Positions 47,789 through 57,411 of a stretch of 64,000 nt of DNA are shown here, piece after piece. Within the stretch, counting starts at the first letter, position 1. Each line of letters begins with the position of its first letter. The position numbers and the translations under genes are program-made. Where the stretch lies: contig CAZVXT010000001.1 in the NCBI GenBank assembly GCA_964631145.1, positions 393,237-457,236 of the forward strand. Reading direction: 5' to 3'. Source of the DNA: an uncultured Candidatus Saccharibacteria bacterium. GTDB lineage: Bacteria > Patescibacteriota > Doudnabacteria > UBA920. The notes beneath the pieces were generated by a model. It saw only the letters and a list, made by a program, of their open reading frames with translations, had not been told where the DNA came from and searched no databases.

Positions 47789-48769
47789 ATGAAAAAATAT
47801 TTAATCATCTTTATTTCTGTAATTGCTATACTGGCTTTGTCTTTAATAGGAGTTTGGTATTTAAAAAGCAACGCGGATTCTAAAGTCAAAAATTCTGCTA
47901 ATCAAAATGGTGGGGAAGTCAACACAGGGCAGCAAACATTAGATGCTCAATATTTAAACATTAAAGAATTAGGTATTAAAATTCCCAAGCCTTTAGAGTT
48001 AGAAGATTTGAGTTATAAGTACGAGCCTGCTAATAAAAACAATAATAACATGGAGTATGTGTATTTTGACTCTCAAAAATTGCATGCACAGATGGCAAAA
48101 ATGAAAGGTTATTCTGCTCCTGATTGCGGTCAGTCTTATACCAATTTATTAGGTTGGATACAAAGATTTAAAACATTTCCTTCATACCCAGAAATGCAAG
48201 AGGGTCCATATGTAACTCCAAGTGAAGATAGTATATATTTTAATGGTTCTTATTTTGAATTTTATTCTCCTCAAGACGGATGTTCTGAATCAGAAGAAAT
48301 TAATAAAGCCGCTTATAATGCTTTTTTAAAGGTTCAAGAAAGCTTTAAAAAATCAGTTGCTGCAGATACAAATGTGCTATTAAGCAAATCTCCGATTGGA
48401 ATAATAGAAGGATCTTTAAGTTATCCATCAGAAGGTATTCCTGATGATATAAAAACTTGTGCTCAAAATATCGATACAAAAAAATACTATTGTATGCCTG
48501 GCAGTTTTATAGATAAGAAGTATAAGTATGAAAACGGCTATCTTATTTATGTACCTGCTGGAAAATACAATGTCTTTTCTTCTGTAAGTAGCAACCCCAC
48601 TAGCAATAACACTTTTAGGGCTTATTATAATAATTATGTAAAGTGTGGATTAAAAGCTGGGTGTAAAGATCATAAATTAATTACAGTAGTTGTGGAAACA
48701 GGCAAGACTGTGTCTGGCATTGATCCATCGGATTGGGATGACCGATCACAATCCAAGGAGTTAAGATAA
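47789..48769 (+). CDS. hypothetical secreted protein (signal peptide, 10 Cys)
   Basis: N-terminal TM/signal segment [21 protein letters not shown]. No recognisable motif. Confidence 0.5.
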   Translation: MKKYLIIFISVIAILALSLIGVWYLKSNADSKVKNSANQNGGEVNTGQQTLDAQYLNIKELGIKIPKPLELEDLSYKYEPANKNNNNMEYVYFDSQKLHAQMAKMKGYSAPDCGQSYTNLLGWIQRFKTFPSYPEMQEGPYVTPSEDSIYFNGSYFEFYSPQDGCSESEEINKAAYNAFLKVQESFKKSVAADTNVLLSKSPIGIIEGSLSYPSEGIPDDIKTCAQNIDTKKYYCMPGSFIDKKYKYENGYLIYVPAGKYNVFSSVSSNPTSNNTFRAYYNNYVKCGLKAGCKDHKLITVVVETGKTVSGIDPSDWDDRSQSKELR

Positions 48770-48770
48770 T

Positions 48771-49310
48771 ATGGAAAATAATCAAATTGCAGTATTTGGA
48801 GGAGGTTGTTTTTGGTGTACTGAGGCGGTTTACCAAAAACTTAAAGGTGTAGATAAAGTTGTATCTGGGTATTCTGGAGGTGATATGGATAATCCCAGCT
48901 ATGAAAAAGTTAGTGGTGGTTCAAGTGGTCATGCAGAAGTAATCCAAATTACTTATGACCCTCAAGTTGTTTCTTATAGGCAGTTATTAGAAGTGTTTTT
49001 CGCTGTGCATGATCCTACAACTTTGAATCAGCAAGGTGCAGATCTGGGCACTCAGTATAGATCCGTTATTTTTTATTTTAATGAAGAGCAGAAAAATGAA
49101 GCAGAGGGCATTATTCAAGAATTAACTAAAGACGGTGCTTATCAAAATCCAATTGTCACCGAAATTAAACCTCTCATACATTTTTATCCAGCAGAAGATT
49201 ATCATCAAAATTACTACAATCAAAATCAGAATCAGCCATATTGCCAAGTCGTCATAAACCCAAAGTTAGATAAATTTAAAAAAACCTTTGCTTCATTACT
49301 TAAAGAGTAA
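48771..49310 (+). CDS. msrA: peptide methionine sulfoxide reductase A
   Basis: Active-site motif [11 protein letters not shown]. Confidence 0.9.
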   Translation: MENNQIAVFGGGCFWCTEAVYQKLKGVDKVVSGYSGGDMDNPSYEKVSGGSSGHAEVIQITYDPQVVSYRQLLEVFFAVHDPTTLNQQGADLGTQYRSVIFYFNEEQKNEAEGIIQELTKDGAYQNPIVTEIKPLIHFYPAEDYHQNYYNQNQNQPYCQVVINPKLDKFKKTFASLLKE

Positions 49311-49342
49311 AATGCTATAATATGATTAATTAATCATAAAAT

Positions 49343-49690
49343 ATGAAAGCAATTATTCATTGGTTTGTAGCCGCATTGGCAATTATTATTGCTGCATACC
49401 TAATACCTGCCGTAACAGTCAGTGGTTTAATTACAGCTTTGGTTTCGGCTGTGGTATTGGGTGGTTTGAATTTAGTAATTAAACCCTTCTTGGTATTATT
49501 AACGTTGCCCGTTAATGTTATAACTTTAGGCTTGTTCACAATTGTTATTAATGCTTTTTTGGTGTGGTTAGCAAATTTAGTTGTGCCCGGATTTCATGTT
49601 GCTAACTTTGGATGGGCTATAGTATTTGCAGTAGTATTATCTATTGTTAATTTAGTATTTAAATCTATGCAATCCGTAGACAATCGTTAA
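49343..49690 (+). CDS. DUF360/phage-holin-4-like small membrane protein
   Basis: Four TM helices. The composition and length match the YvlD/mycobacterial 4-TMS holin family. Confidence 0.5.
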   Translation: MKAIIHWFVAALAIIIAAYLIPAVTVSGLITALVSAVVLGGLNLVIKPFLVLLTLPVNVITLGLFTIVINAFLVWLANLVVPGFHVANFGWAIVFAVVLSIVNLVFKSMQSVDNR

Positions 49691-49693
49691 GTA

Positions 49694-49724
49694 TAAAATC
49701 CTCTAGCATAACAGAGGATTTTTA
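49694..49724 (+). terminator. rho-independent terminator
   Basis: aaatcctct-agcataac-agaggattt followed by tt. Confidence 0.5.
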
Positions 49725-49799
49725 ACAGATTTTAATTTATTATTTAACATAATATATAGATTGAATATGATATCATAACTAAGTATTAATATAAAAAAT

Positions 49800-50189
49800 A
49801 TGGCTATAAATAAAACTGAAGAAGAATGGCAATCAGAGTTAACTCCCGAACAATATAAAATACTTAGACAAAAATCAACAGAGGCTCCATTTACTGGTAA
49901 ATATCTAGATAATCATGATGAGGGTATGTATACATGCGCTGGTTGTGGACAAACTTTGTTTTCATCTGATGCTAAATTTGATTCTGGGACTGGTTGGCCA
50001 AGTTTTTCGGACCCAGCTAATTTAGAGCACATTAAATTAATTTCAGATGATAGTCATGGTATGCATAGAACAGAAGTTGTTTGTGCAAATTGTGGCGGGC
50101 ACTTGGGGCATGTGTTTGATGATGGTCCTAGTGATAAAGGCGGAAAAAGATATTGCATTAACTCTTGCAGTTTAGAGTTTAAAAAATAA
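49800..50189 (+). CDS. msrB: peptide methionine sulfoxide reductase B (zinc-containing)
   Basis: Two CxxC pairs (CAGCGQ and [12 protein letters not shown]) and the catalytic C in RYCINS. Confidence 0.9.
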   Translation: MAINKTEEEWQSELTPEQYKILRQKSTEAPFTGKYLDNHDEGMYTCAGCGQTLFSSDAKFDSGTGWPSFSDPANLEHIKLISDDSHGMHRTEVVCANCGGHLGHVFDDGPSDKGGKRYCINSCSLEFKK

Positions 50190-50231
50190 AATTTCTAATA
50201 TATAAATCTAATCTAAAGCTAAAACTTTACA

Positions 50232-50582
50232 ATGAATAACTTACAAGACGTTTTTAACAGAATTAAAGAGACTAAAACTAAGCAAAAAGAGATACGAAAA
50301 ATGTATAAAGATTCTTTAGCTCAAAACCAAGCTTATACTCAAATAGTGGAACAGCTTGAAGAGTTAAAGCGCAAGAAAAAAGAAATTGAAAATGAAATTC
50401 AGGGAGAAATGATGGGTGATATGCAAAAGTTAGATGCTTATAAAATGCATGTAAAGACAGATAATGAGATGCTTGCAGATATTGCAATTAATCAATTAAT
50501 GTCTGGCGAAAGAGTAGAGTTAATTGATAATAATGATCAAAAATATGAGCCTGTGTTTAGTGTTAGATTTAAAAAAGCTTAA
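50232..50582 (+). CDS. hypothetical coiled-coil protein
   Basis: Charged heptad-rich sequence. No catalytic motif. Confidence 0.45.
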   Translation: MNNLQDVFNRIKETKTKQKEIRKMYKDSLAQNQAYTQIVEQLEELKRKKKEIENEIQGEMMGDMQKLDAYKMHVKTDNEMLADIAINQLMSGERVELIDNNDQKYEPVFSVRFKKA

Positions 50583-50613
50583 AATAAAAACCCTCGCTAG
50601 GAGGGTTTTTATT
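50583..50613. terminator. bidirectional rho-independent terminator
   Basis: aaaaaccctcgctaggagggttttt. Confidence 0.7.
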
Positions 50614-51152
50614 TAGTTGGAAACATTAAATTTGTAATATAGGGTTTTGCCATCTTGTGCCACAGGTTTGTCTAGGTTGTTAGTAGGATCAAACTTTTTG
50701 TTATTATTGCTATCCAAATAAAGACTTGCAAAGTAAGTTCTTCCTGCTTGAAGTTTTACTGGAAATTCTAAATCTTGTCCACTACCAGAATTAAGCCAAG
50801 AGCTTTGCGCAATAATGCTGCCTGGTTTTCCATCAGCTGTGCTACTAGAAATAACTATAAACCCTGGCTTTTCTAAATAAAAATTATCTATATTTACAGA
50901 ATTACCGCTAATCTGTGTACTGATAGCTAAGGCGCTGTTATTAAGTAGTTCATTGGTTGCTGTACCTGGTTTTGAGTTATCGATATTGGCTGAGTTCGTA
51001 TCTTGAGTGTTATTACTTGTATTTTGAGTTGTGCTCATATTGGATGTAGAGGTTGGGCTTTTTTCAGAGTAATAAATCCATGCAAGTACTCCCAAAATAA
51101 TTATCGTTGCTAAGATCAAAAATGGTCTTAACTTTAAAAAGTTTTTATTCAT
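50613..51152 (-). CDS. hypothetical membrane-anchored secreted protein (Ser/Thr/Asn-rich linker)
   Basis: N-terminal TM, a low-complexity linker, and a beta-rich C-terminal domain. Confidence 0.5.
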   Translation of the reverse strand: MNKNFLKLRPFLILATIIILGVLAWIYYSEKSPTSTSNMSTTQNTSNNTQDTNSANIDNSKPGTATNELLNNSALAISTQISGNSVNIDNFYLEKPGFIVISSSTADGKPGSIIAQSSWLNSGSGQDLEFPVKLQAGRTYFASLYLDSNNNKKFDPTNNLDKPVAQDGKTLYYKFNVSN

Positions 51153-51256
51153 ATATTTTGAAATTATATAACTATTATAGCACGGCTTGTCAAAATATGT
51201 TTTTTATTTTACAATGGACACATGAAAATGTTATTTAGCTTTTAGGAGGTATATTA

Positions 51257-51622
51257 ATGAGAGAAAGCGAATATGAATTTTGGGCTCATCCCGAAAGAGC
51301 AGCTTTTGAACCCGATGTGCAAAAGTTAACCAAAGACGTTTATGAAGAGTTGTTAAAAAATAAAGACAACCTGCCAGGAGATAATCGTCAATTAGGAAAA
51401 CTAACTATTATAAAAAATGTAGATGGATCCGGTTATAATTTTGCTAGATGGGAAAATGGTTTTGGAGACGCACTAACAGCAGCTCCATTAGATGCAAGCG
51501 AGCAAATTTTAATCAAAGCGTTTGCTGATCCAGACTTTTTATTTTTACATCCAAAGACAAATGAACCCGTATTTAGAGACGATGACTCTAATCCTTATAA
51601 AGGCATGTGGTTAAAAAAATAA
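51257..51622 (+). CDS. hypothetical protein (121 aa)
   Basis: SD AGGAGG upstream of the ATG. No recognisable motif. Confidence 0.45.
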   Translation: MRESEYEFWAHPERAAFEPDVQKLTKDVYEELLKNKDNLPGDNRQLGKLTIIKNVDGSGYNFARWENGFGDALTAAPLDASEQILIKAFADPDFLFLHPKTNEPVFRDDDSNPYKGMWLKK

Positions 51623-51625
51623 ATT

Positions 51626-51655
51626 AAGCGGCATATTATATGCCGTTTTTATTTT
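51626..51655 (+). terminator. rho-independent terminator
   Basis: aagcggcata-ttat-atgccgtt followed by tttattttg. Confidence 0.65.
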
Positions 51656-51724
51656 GTAATAATACTTGAAAATGAAATTAATTTAACGGATATTCTGTAT
51701 TAAAATTGTGGTAAAATAAGATAT

Positions 51725-52819
51725 ATGAAAATTGCTATAGAAGCAGAGAGGGCAAACAATCCAGTAAAAACAGGTGTAGAGCATTATGCAAAGCAGTTAA
51801 TTTTGCATATGGCTAGGTTAGATAATATCAATGATTTTGTCTTATATTTAAGAACTGAGCCGGAAAGATGGATTAAGGATTTGCCTAATAACTTTATAAC
51901 TAAAATTATATCTTTTCCATTGTTCTGGACTCAGGTTCGTTTGAGTTTGGCAATGCTTTTTGATCGACCAGACTGCCTGTTTGTACCTGCTTCCGCCATG
52001 CCTATAATTAGTCCAAAAGCATCAGTAGTTACTATCCATGATTGTGCGTGGGTTTATTATCCAGAGGCATTTACAAAAAATATGAGGCGTTATTTACATT
52101 ATTCGACCAAGTTTGCAGTTTGGAAAGCTAAAAGGGTTATCGCGGTTTCTGAGTCCACTAAAAATGATCTAGTCAAATATTATAGAGTTAATCCTAATAA
52201 AGTTGATGTGATTTTACATGGCTATGAAGAAGTCCAAAAAGACTTTTCAAAATTAAGCACTGAAGTTTCGGCTAAATTACCGGAAAAGTATATTTTATTT
52301 TTATCTACATTGCAGCCGCGCAAAAATCTACCAGCTTTAATAAATGCATTTGCAGAATTAAAAAAAACTCACCCAGAGCTACCGCACAAGCTAGTGGTGG
52401 TAGGAAAGCCTGGATGGCAATATGAGGAAAGTCTTGAAGCTATTAAGCAACATCAAGATGTAGTTGTGTATTTAAACCATGTTAGCGATGATGATCGTTG
52501 GCCAATATACAATAGGGCAAGTTTATTTATTCATCCTAGTTTATATGAAGGTTTTGGTATGTGGATGCTCGAAGCTTTTGAATGTGGTGTTCCTGTTGCA
52601 GTAAGTAATGTTTCTAGTTTGCCTGAAGTTGGTGGAGATGCTGCAATATATTTTGATCCAAAAAATTCAGATTCCATCAAACAGGCAATCTTAAAAGTTT
52701 TAACAGATGACGTATTTGCAGAGCAGCTAAGGCAAAAAGGATATCAAAGATTAAAGGATTTCTCATGGGAGAAGTGCGCTCAGCAAACAATAGAATCTTT
52801 GAAAAATTCGTTAAGATAG
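51725..52819 (+). CDS. glycosyltransferase family 1 (GT4)
   Basis: C-terminal GT-B motif EGFGMWMLEAFECGVPVAVSNVSSLPEVGGDAA. Confidence 0.8.
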   Translation: MKIAIEAERANNPVKTGVEHYAKQLILHMARLDNINDFVLYLRTEPERWIKDLPNNFITKIISFPLFWTQVRLSLAMLFDRPDCLFVPASAMPIISPKASVVTIHDCAWVYYPEAFTKNMRRYLHYSTKFAVWKAKRVIAVSESTKNDLVKYYRVNPNKVDVILHGYEEVQKDFSKLSTEVSAKLPEKYILFLSTLQPRKNLPALINAFAELKKTHPELPHKLVVVGKPGWQYEESLEAIKQHQDVVVYLNHVSDDDRWPIYNRASLFIHPSLYEGFGMWMLEAFECGVPVAVSNVSSLPEVGGDAAIYFDPKNSDSIKQAILKVLTDDVFAEQLRQKGYQRLKDFSWEKCAQQTIESLKNSLR

Positions 52820-52832
52820 GGAAGCGTGTAAA

Positions 52833-54452
52833 TTGCTAACTAAAAAATTAATGTTTGATAATAAAATTGTTAGAAATTTTATAGGAGGATTTTTATTATT
52901 GCAATTTCTTGTGGTTGGTTTAATTGCAGTTGGTGTTGCTAGTACAAGTTGGTTATGGCTGTTACTTTCAATTTTTGTTGCTGCTTTTATATATTTGCAA
53001 ATTGAGGATTCGATAAAATTATTTATTTTATCAATACCGTTTTTTATTATGTCTCCATTTGTTGGGCAGGTGCAAGTGCCAATTTGGAGACCGTTACTGA
53101 TTTTTTTATTTACTGTAATGATTGTAAAAATTGTATGGGGTTACGGAGTTAAAGGTGGTATTCTAGGTGCAATTAAAAATGCTTATAATTATTTACTAAC
53201 TTATGAGAAGTTATTAGTAGTATTTTTCTTTTTAGCAATATGCTCTGTGTTATGGTCAAGGTTTGGTAGTCACGCAATATCGCAAATAATCTTTTTGATA
53301 AACGCCGGGATCCTTTATTTGATTGTGAGAATTAGTGTTAATGAAAATAATTTTAAACATTATTTAAAAGCTTTTAAGGTATCTTTATTGATTATAATTG
53401 CTCTAGGATTTTTGCAGTATACACTTAGTTTATTTGCAAGTCCTTATTACTTTTGGCAATATTGGGCAACTTTAGTATCTTCTACATATTATGGTCAATA
53501 TTTAGGCAATGTGTTAACTTATTCTAATTCGTGGTTTTCTGCTGATGGAGCAGGTAATTCGCTTCGAATGTTTGGAATATTGCAAGACACACATGCTTTT
53601 GCAGTGATGGGTATTTTCGCTATTTCTCTTTGGATTAGTGTTGCGACTAAGCTTCCTCCACAAGAAAATATAAAAAGTTTTTTTAAACAACAGTCATGGA
53701 AGTGGTGGATTGGTTTGGTGTTGTTATGCTTTGCAATTATTGCTTCGGGGACGAGAGGTGTTTGGGTAGCTATGTTTGTACCAACCTTAGTAGCGCTGTA
53801 TTTAATTTTTACAAATCGTCAGAAAATTATTGGTTATGCTCAAATTATAGTTACGGCTTTGATTATTTTGCTCTTTATAATTTCACCTTATATTACGATG
53901 GGGCTTAATTATTTAAGAACCATTAATTCTGATGATAATTTTTTGAGTCGGGCGAGCAGTATATATGATCTAGATGAGTCATCTAATGCCGGGAGAATTG
54001 AAATGTGGAAAAATAGTGTTAGTTATGGACTTCGTCATCCATTAGGTGCTGGATACGGAAATTTTATTACTAGCATTTCGGATAACGTAAGTGATTATAA
54101 TCAAGTTGCTGAAGTAAATAATAAAAAATATAACTTACCTCAAAAATATATCACAGCACATAGTTTATATTTGCAAATCCTGGTTGAACTGGGTTGGGCA
54201 GGTATAATCTTATTTGGCTTGATTGGTTTAAATTTTTTCTGGAATGTTTGGTTGGCTTTGAGTGATGCAAATAAAATTTCTTCATTAAATAAATGGATAT
54301 TGGCAAATTTATCTTTTGCGGTGTTGTGGGTTTTGGCATATGGATTTTTTGATGTGACAATTTTAAATGAGCGTGTTTTATTATATTTATTTGCAATCTT
54401 GGCTATCATGCCATATTTGCTGACAAATAATGTTATACTAAAAAAGAATTAA
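52833..54452 (+). CDS. O-antigen ligase / polymerase-like membrane protein (Wzy_C-like); TTG start at 52833, first in-frame ATG at 52851
   Basis: 12 or more TM helices with a large periplasmic loop containing SGTRGVWVAMFV. Confidence 0.55.
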   Translation: MLTKKLMFDNKIVRNFIGGFLLLQFLVVGLIAVGVASTSWLWLLLSIFVAAFIYLQIEDSIKLFILSIPFFIMSPFVGQVQVPIWRPLLIFLFTVMIVKIVWGYGVKGGILGAIKNAYNYLLTYEKLLVVFFFLAICSVLWSRFGSHAISQIIFLINAGILYLIVRISVNENNFKHYLKAFKVSLLIIIALGFLQYTLSLFASPYYFWQYWATLVSSTYYGQYLGNVLTYSNSWFSADGAGNSLRMFGILQDTHAFAVMGIFAISLWISVATKLPPQENIKSFFKQQSWKWWIGLVLLCFAIIASGTRGVWVAMFVPTLVALYLIFTNRQKIIGYAQIIVTALIILLFIISPYITMGLNYLRTINSDDNFLSRASSIYDLDESSNAGRIEMWKNSVSYGLRHPLGAGYGNFITSISDNVSDYNQVAEVNNKKYNLPQKYITAHSLYLQILVELGWAGIILFGLIGLNFFWNVWLALSDANKISSLNKWILANLSFAVLWVLAYGFFDVTILNERVLLYLFAILAIMPYLLTNNVILKKN

Positions 54453-54463
54453 TCTAAATATTT

Positions 54464-55714
54464 GTGGAAAATCAAGAACAAAATTTAAATACTAATAACT
54501 CTTTGTCTAACCAACAACGTAAGTATATTTATATAGCCTTAACTATTTTATTGGCAATTGGTATCTTTCGCATTGGTTATTCGTTTGGGCAACGCGGTTA
54601 TGTATTTTCTGCTTCAGATTTTAAAGTAACTTCACAAACAAATAGCAGTCCGGCAAATTACAGTTTGCTTTGGCAAGCTTTGGATATTGTGAAGAGTAAA
54701 TATATCGATCGCAATAATATCGATCAGCAAAAAGTATTATATGGTGCAATTAGAGGTGCTGTATCGGCTGCTGGCGATGAATATACAGAGTTTTTTGACC
54801 CAAAAACATTGTCAGAATTTAGAACTGAGTTACAAGGATCTTTTAGTGGTATTGGTGCCGAAATTGGTAAGCGTAATGGTAATATTGTAATAATCGCGCC
54901 AATAGACGACACTCCAGCAAGCAAAGCTGGATTGCAAGCTCAAGATGTAATTGTATCTATTGACGGCACTTCGACCGCAGAAATGTCTACAGATGAAGCA
55001 GTTGGAAAAATCCGTGGTCAATCCGGAACTTCTGTAAAATTAACTATATATCGTGAAGGGAAAACTGGAACTTTTGATGTGACTATAGTTAGACAAAAAA
55101 TTGAAATAAAAAGCGTTAAGTTAAATTACAAAGAGCAATCTGGAAAAAAAGTTGCTGTAATTACGATATCTCGATTTGGCGATGATACTGAAGAATTATT
55201 TGAGAATGCGGTTAAAGATATTCAGGCGCAAAAACCATCAGCTATTATATTAGATTTAAGAAATGATCCAGGAGGTTATCTAAATGTTGCAGTTGATATT
55301 GCTTCTGATTGGCTAGAAAAAGATCAGCTTGTAGTAAAAGAAGAGCGTAGTGATAAAGATGTAAATAATTTCACATCCACGGGAATTAATCGCCTTGGTG
55401 GGTATAAAACCTTTGTATTGCTAAATAAAGGCAGTGCCTCTGCTTCAGAAATTTTGGCAGGCGCTCTAAGAGATCATCAAAAGGCAGTTATTATTGGAGA
55501 AAAAAGTTTTGGAAAGGGTAGTGTCCAAGAATTGGTTCCACTTGGTAAAGATATGGCTGTAAAAGTTACGGTTGCAAAATGGATAACACCGTCAGGACAG
55601 CATTTAAATAAAGATGGTATAGATCCGAATATCAAAGTAGAGCTTAAAGAGGATGATGTAAATAATAAGAGAGATCCACAAATGGATCGAGCTTTGCAAG
55701 AAAGTGTTAAATAA
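54464..55714 (+). CDS. ctpA: carboxyl-terminal processing protease (peptidase S41), GTG start
   Basis: PDZ domain (GLQAQDVIVSIDG), catalytic Ser in GSASASEILAGAL, and Lys in GEKSFGKGSVQ. Confidence 0.85.
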   Translation: MENQEQNLNTNNSLSNQQRKYIYIALTILLAIGIFRIGYSFGQRGYVFSASDFKVTSQTNSSPANYSLLWQALDIVKSKYIDRNNIDQQKVLYGAIRGAVSAAGDEYTEFFDPKTLSEFRTELQGSFSGIGAEIGKRNGNIVIIAPIDDTPASKAGLQAQDVIVSIDGTSTAEMSTDEAVGKIRGQSGTSVKLTIYREGKTGTFDVTIVRQKIEIKSVKLNYKEQSGKKVAVITISRFGDDTEELFENAVKDIQAQKPSAIILDLRNDPGGYLNVAVDIASDWLEKDQLVVKEERSDKDVNNFTSTGINRLGGYKTFVLLNKGSASASEILAGALRDHQKAVIIGEKSFGKGSVQELVPLGKDMAVKVTVAKWITPSGQHLNKDGIDPNIKVELKEDDVNNKRDPQMDRALQESVK

Positions 55715-55778
55715 AATAAAACTCAAGAGAATAATCTCTTGAGTTTTTTAAATATAATTTTACTTTAGAAAAATTATA

Positions 55779-56549
55779 TTAATTAGATATTAATACTCCT
55801 TCTAGATTCATCCAAGCTGGGTGGTTATTCGCAGTATTTGGTATTATTGGCGTCCATCCTTGTTGTCCTGAAAAATAACCCGTTCTTATACCTTGGTGCC
55901 TTGTTAAAACGGGGATACAAGTATTTCCTCCCATCCAACTTTCTTCTTGAAGTAAAATAGTATAGTTTTCTAAGGTGGAAATGTCCCACAAAAACCATTC
56001 TTCGTATGCCGAATTTTTTTGATTTATAACATTTGATAAAAAATCTAATGTTCCCCAGTAAGATATGCTTTTTACTGTGAGATTCATAGCGGTAGACTTT
56101 TTAGAGATATGTGTTGCGGTTTGTAAAATATCAGTTGGACAAAATCGAGTCCTGTTTTTCGGATCACCAATATTGGTAACAAATACCTCCTCACAGAATT
56201 CTCTGATGGCGGTTAATTTAGGATTCTTACCTTCTGCCAATCCTTGTCCCAAACCTACTGGAATTGGTTTATCCCATTCATATCTTTCATCGTAAGCACA
56301 TACAAAACCAAAAGCAGTTTTAATAGCAATTCCGGCACCAAGTCTGTAAACCCCAATTTTATAAGCATTTTCTGCAAAGTTATCAGTGATCTTTGATAAT
56401 AAAAAATCATTAATTAAGAATATATTTCCACCTTTTTTAAAATATAATGGTATTCCATTTACTTTATCATCACAATAATTATTATCGTTTTGTAAAAATG
56501 TTTTGACTTCTAAGTTAAGGTCTTTATAAAGAATATTTCCTTTTATCAT
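55779..56549 (-). CDS. hypothetical protein with a divergent Nudix-like box (GLGQGLAEG...IREFCEEVFV)
   Basis: A REUxEE-like segment with non-canonical spacing. The C-terminal 120 aa are unassigned. Confidence 0.4.
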   Translation of the reverse strand: MIKGNILYKDLNLEVKTFLQNDNNYCDDKVNGIPLYFKKGGNIFLINDFLLSKITDNFAENAYKIGVYRLGAGIAIKTAFGFVCAYDERYEWDKPIPVGLGQGLAEGKNPKLTAIREFCEEVFVTNIGDPKNRTRFCPTDILQTATHISKKSTAMNLTVKSISYWGTLDFLSNVINQKNSAYEEWFLWDISTLENYTILLQEESWMGGNTCIPVLTRHQGIRTGYFSGQQGWTPIIPNTANNHPAWMNLEGVLISN

Positions 56550-56724
56550 ATTTCCTCCTGTATAATTTAATCACATAAAATGATCATTCATATTAACGTA
56601 TATTAATTATAGGAGCAATAGCTGTAAAAGAATGCACTTGATATTATGATGTTAATATGATATAATTTATAATCTTAATTTAACTTAAGATTATAAGTAA
56701 AAATTTGAATAAAACGGAGGCATT

Positions 56725-57348
56725 ATGATTGACATACCAGAAGGTTTTGTATTTAAAAATCGTATTTCAGCAAATAAAGAAAATTGCACTTTTCCCTTGT
56801 ATGACGAAGTGGTAAATAAAATTAAAAACCCTTTTATCATGACTGCTGGTGGTGTCAACAAAGAAAAGAAATCAGAGACAATAGCAAAGATGCAAAAAAT
56901 TTCTGATGTGATTAAAAATAAAAACTACATTGATTACTGGGGGGTTGGTGGACATATCTCAATTGAGTTAGGTCTAAACGTTAGCTATCAGCAAATAGAA
57001 TTAATACCAGAATTGCCTATAAGAGAAGTTAAGCTTGTATCAATAACTCCTTATGATTTGGGGTTTAGAGATTTTGTTACAAGACAAAATATTGTAGATG
57101 CGGGAAAGGGGATTGGTTTAAAAGAGTGCGAGTTTGATATTCCTTTTAGTTATATTTTGGAGATTCGAGAATTAAATGACAATGAGTATTATCAAATTGC
57201 ATCCCCTTCTTTAAATGGAGTTTGTTTTACTTTAACAAATAAGAAGCAAACCGAGGATCCATTAATACCAGGATGTATTAATGGTGATATTAAGCCAGAT
57301 ACTTCAAGGTATAATATTTGGGATGAATGGTTATTTGTCATTCCGTAA
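56725..57348 (+). CDS. hypothetical protein (207 aa), divergently transcribed from the Nudix-like gene
   Basis: SD GGAGG upstream of the ATG. No recognisable motif. Followed by a strong terminator. Confidence 0.45.
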   Translation: MIDIPEGFVFKNRISANKENCTFPLYDEVVNKIKNPFIMTAGGVNKEKKSETIAKMQKISDVIKNKNYIDYWGVGGHISIELGLNVSYQQIELIPELPIREVKLVSITPYDLGFRDFVTRQNIVDAGKGIGLKECEFDIPFSYILEIRELNDNEYYQIASPSLNGVCFTLTNKKQTEDPLIPGCINGDIKPDTSRYNIWDEWLFVIP

Positions 57349-57351
57349 TCA

Positions 57352-57381
57352 TTGGGCTTGGATTAACCAAGCCTTTTTTTA
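57352..57381 (+). terminator. rho-independent terminator
   Basis: gggcttgg-attaa-ccaagcc followed by ttttttt. Confidence 0.7.
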
Positions 57382-57411
57382 TTGAGATTTTTTAGATATA
57401 CTATAAATATT

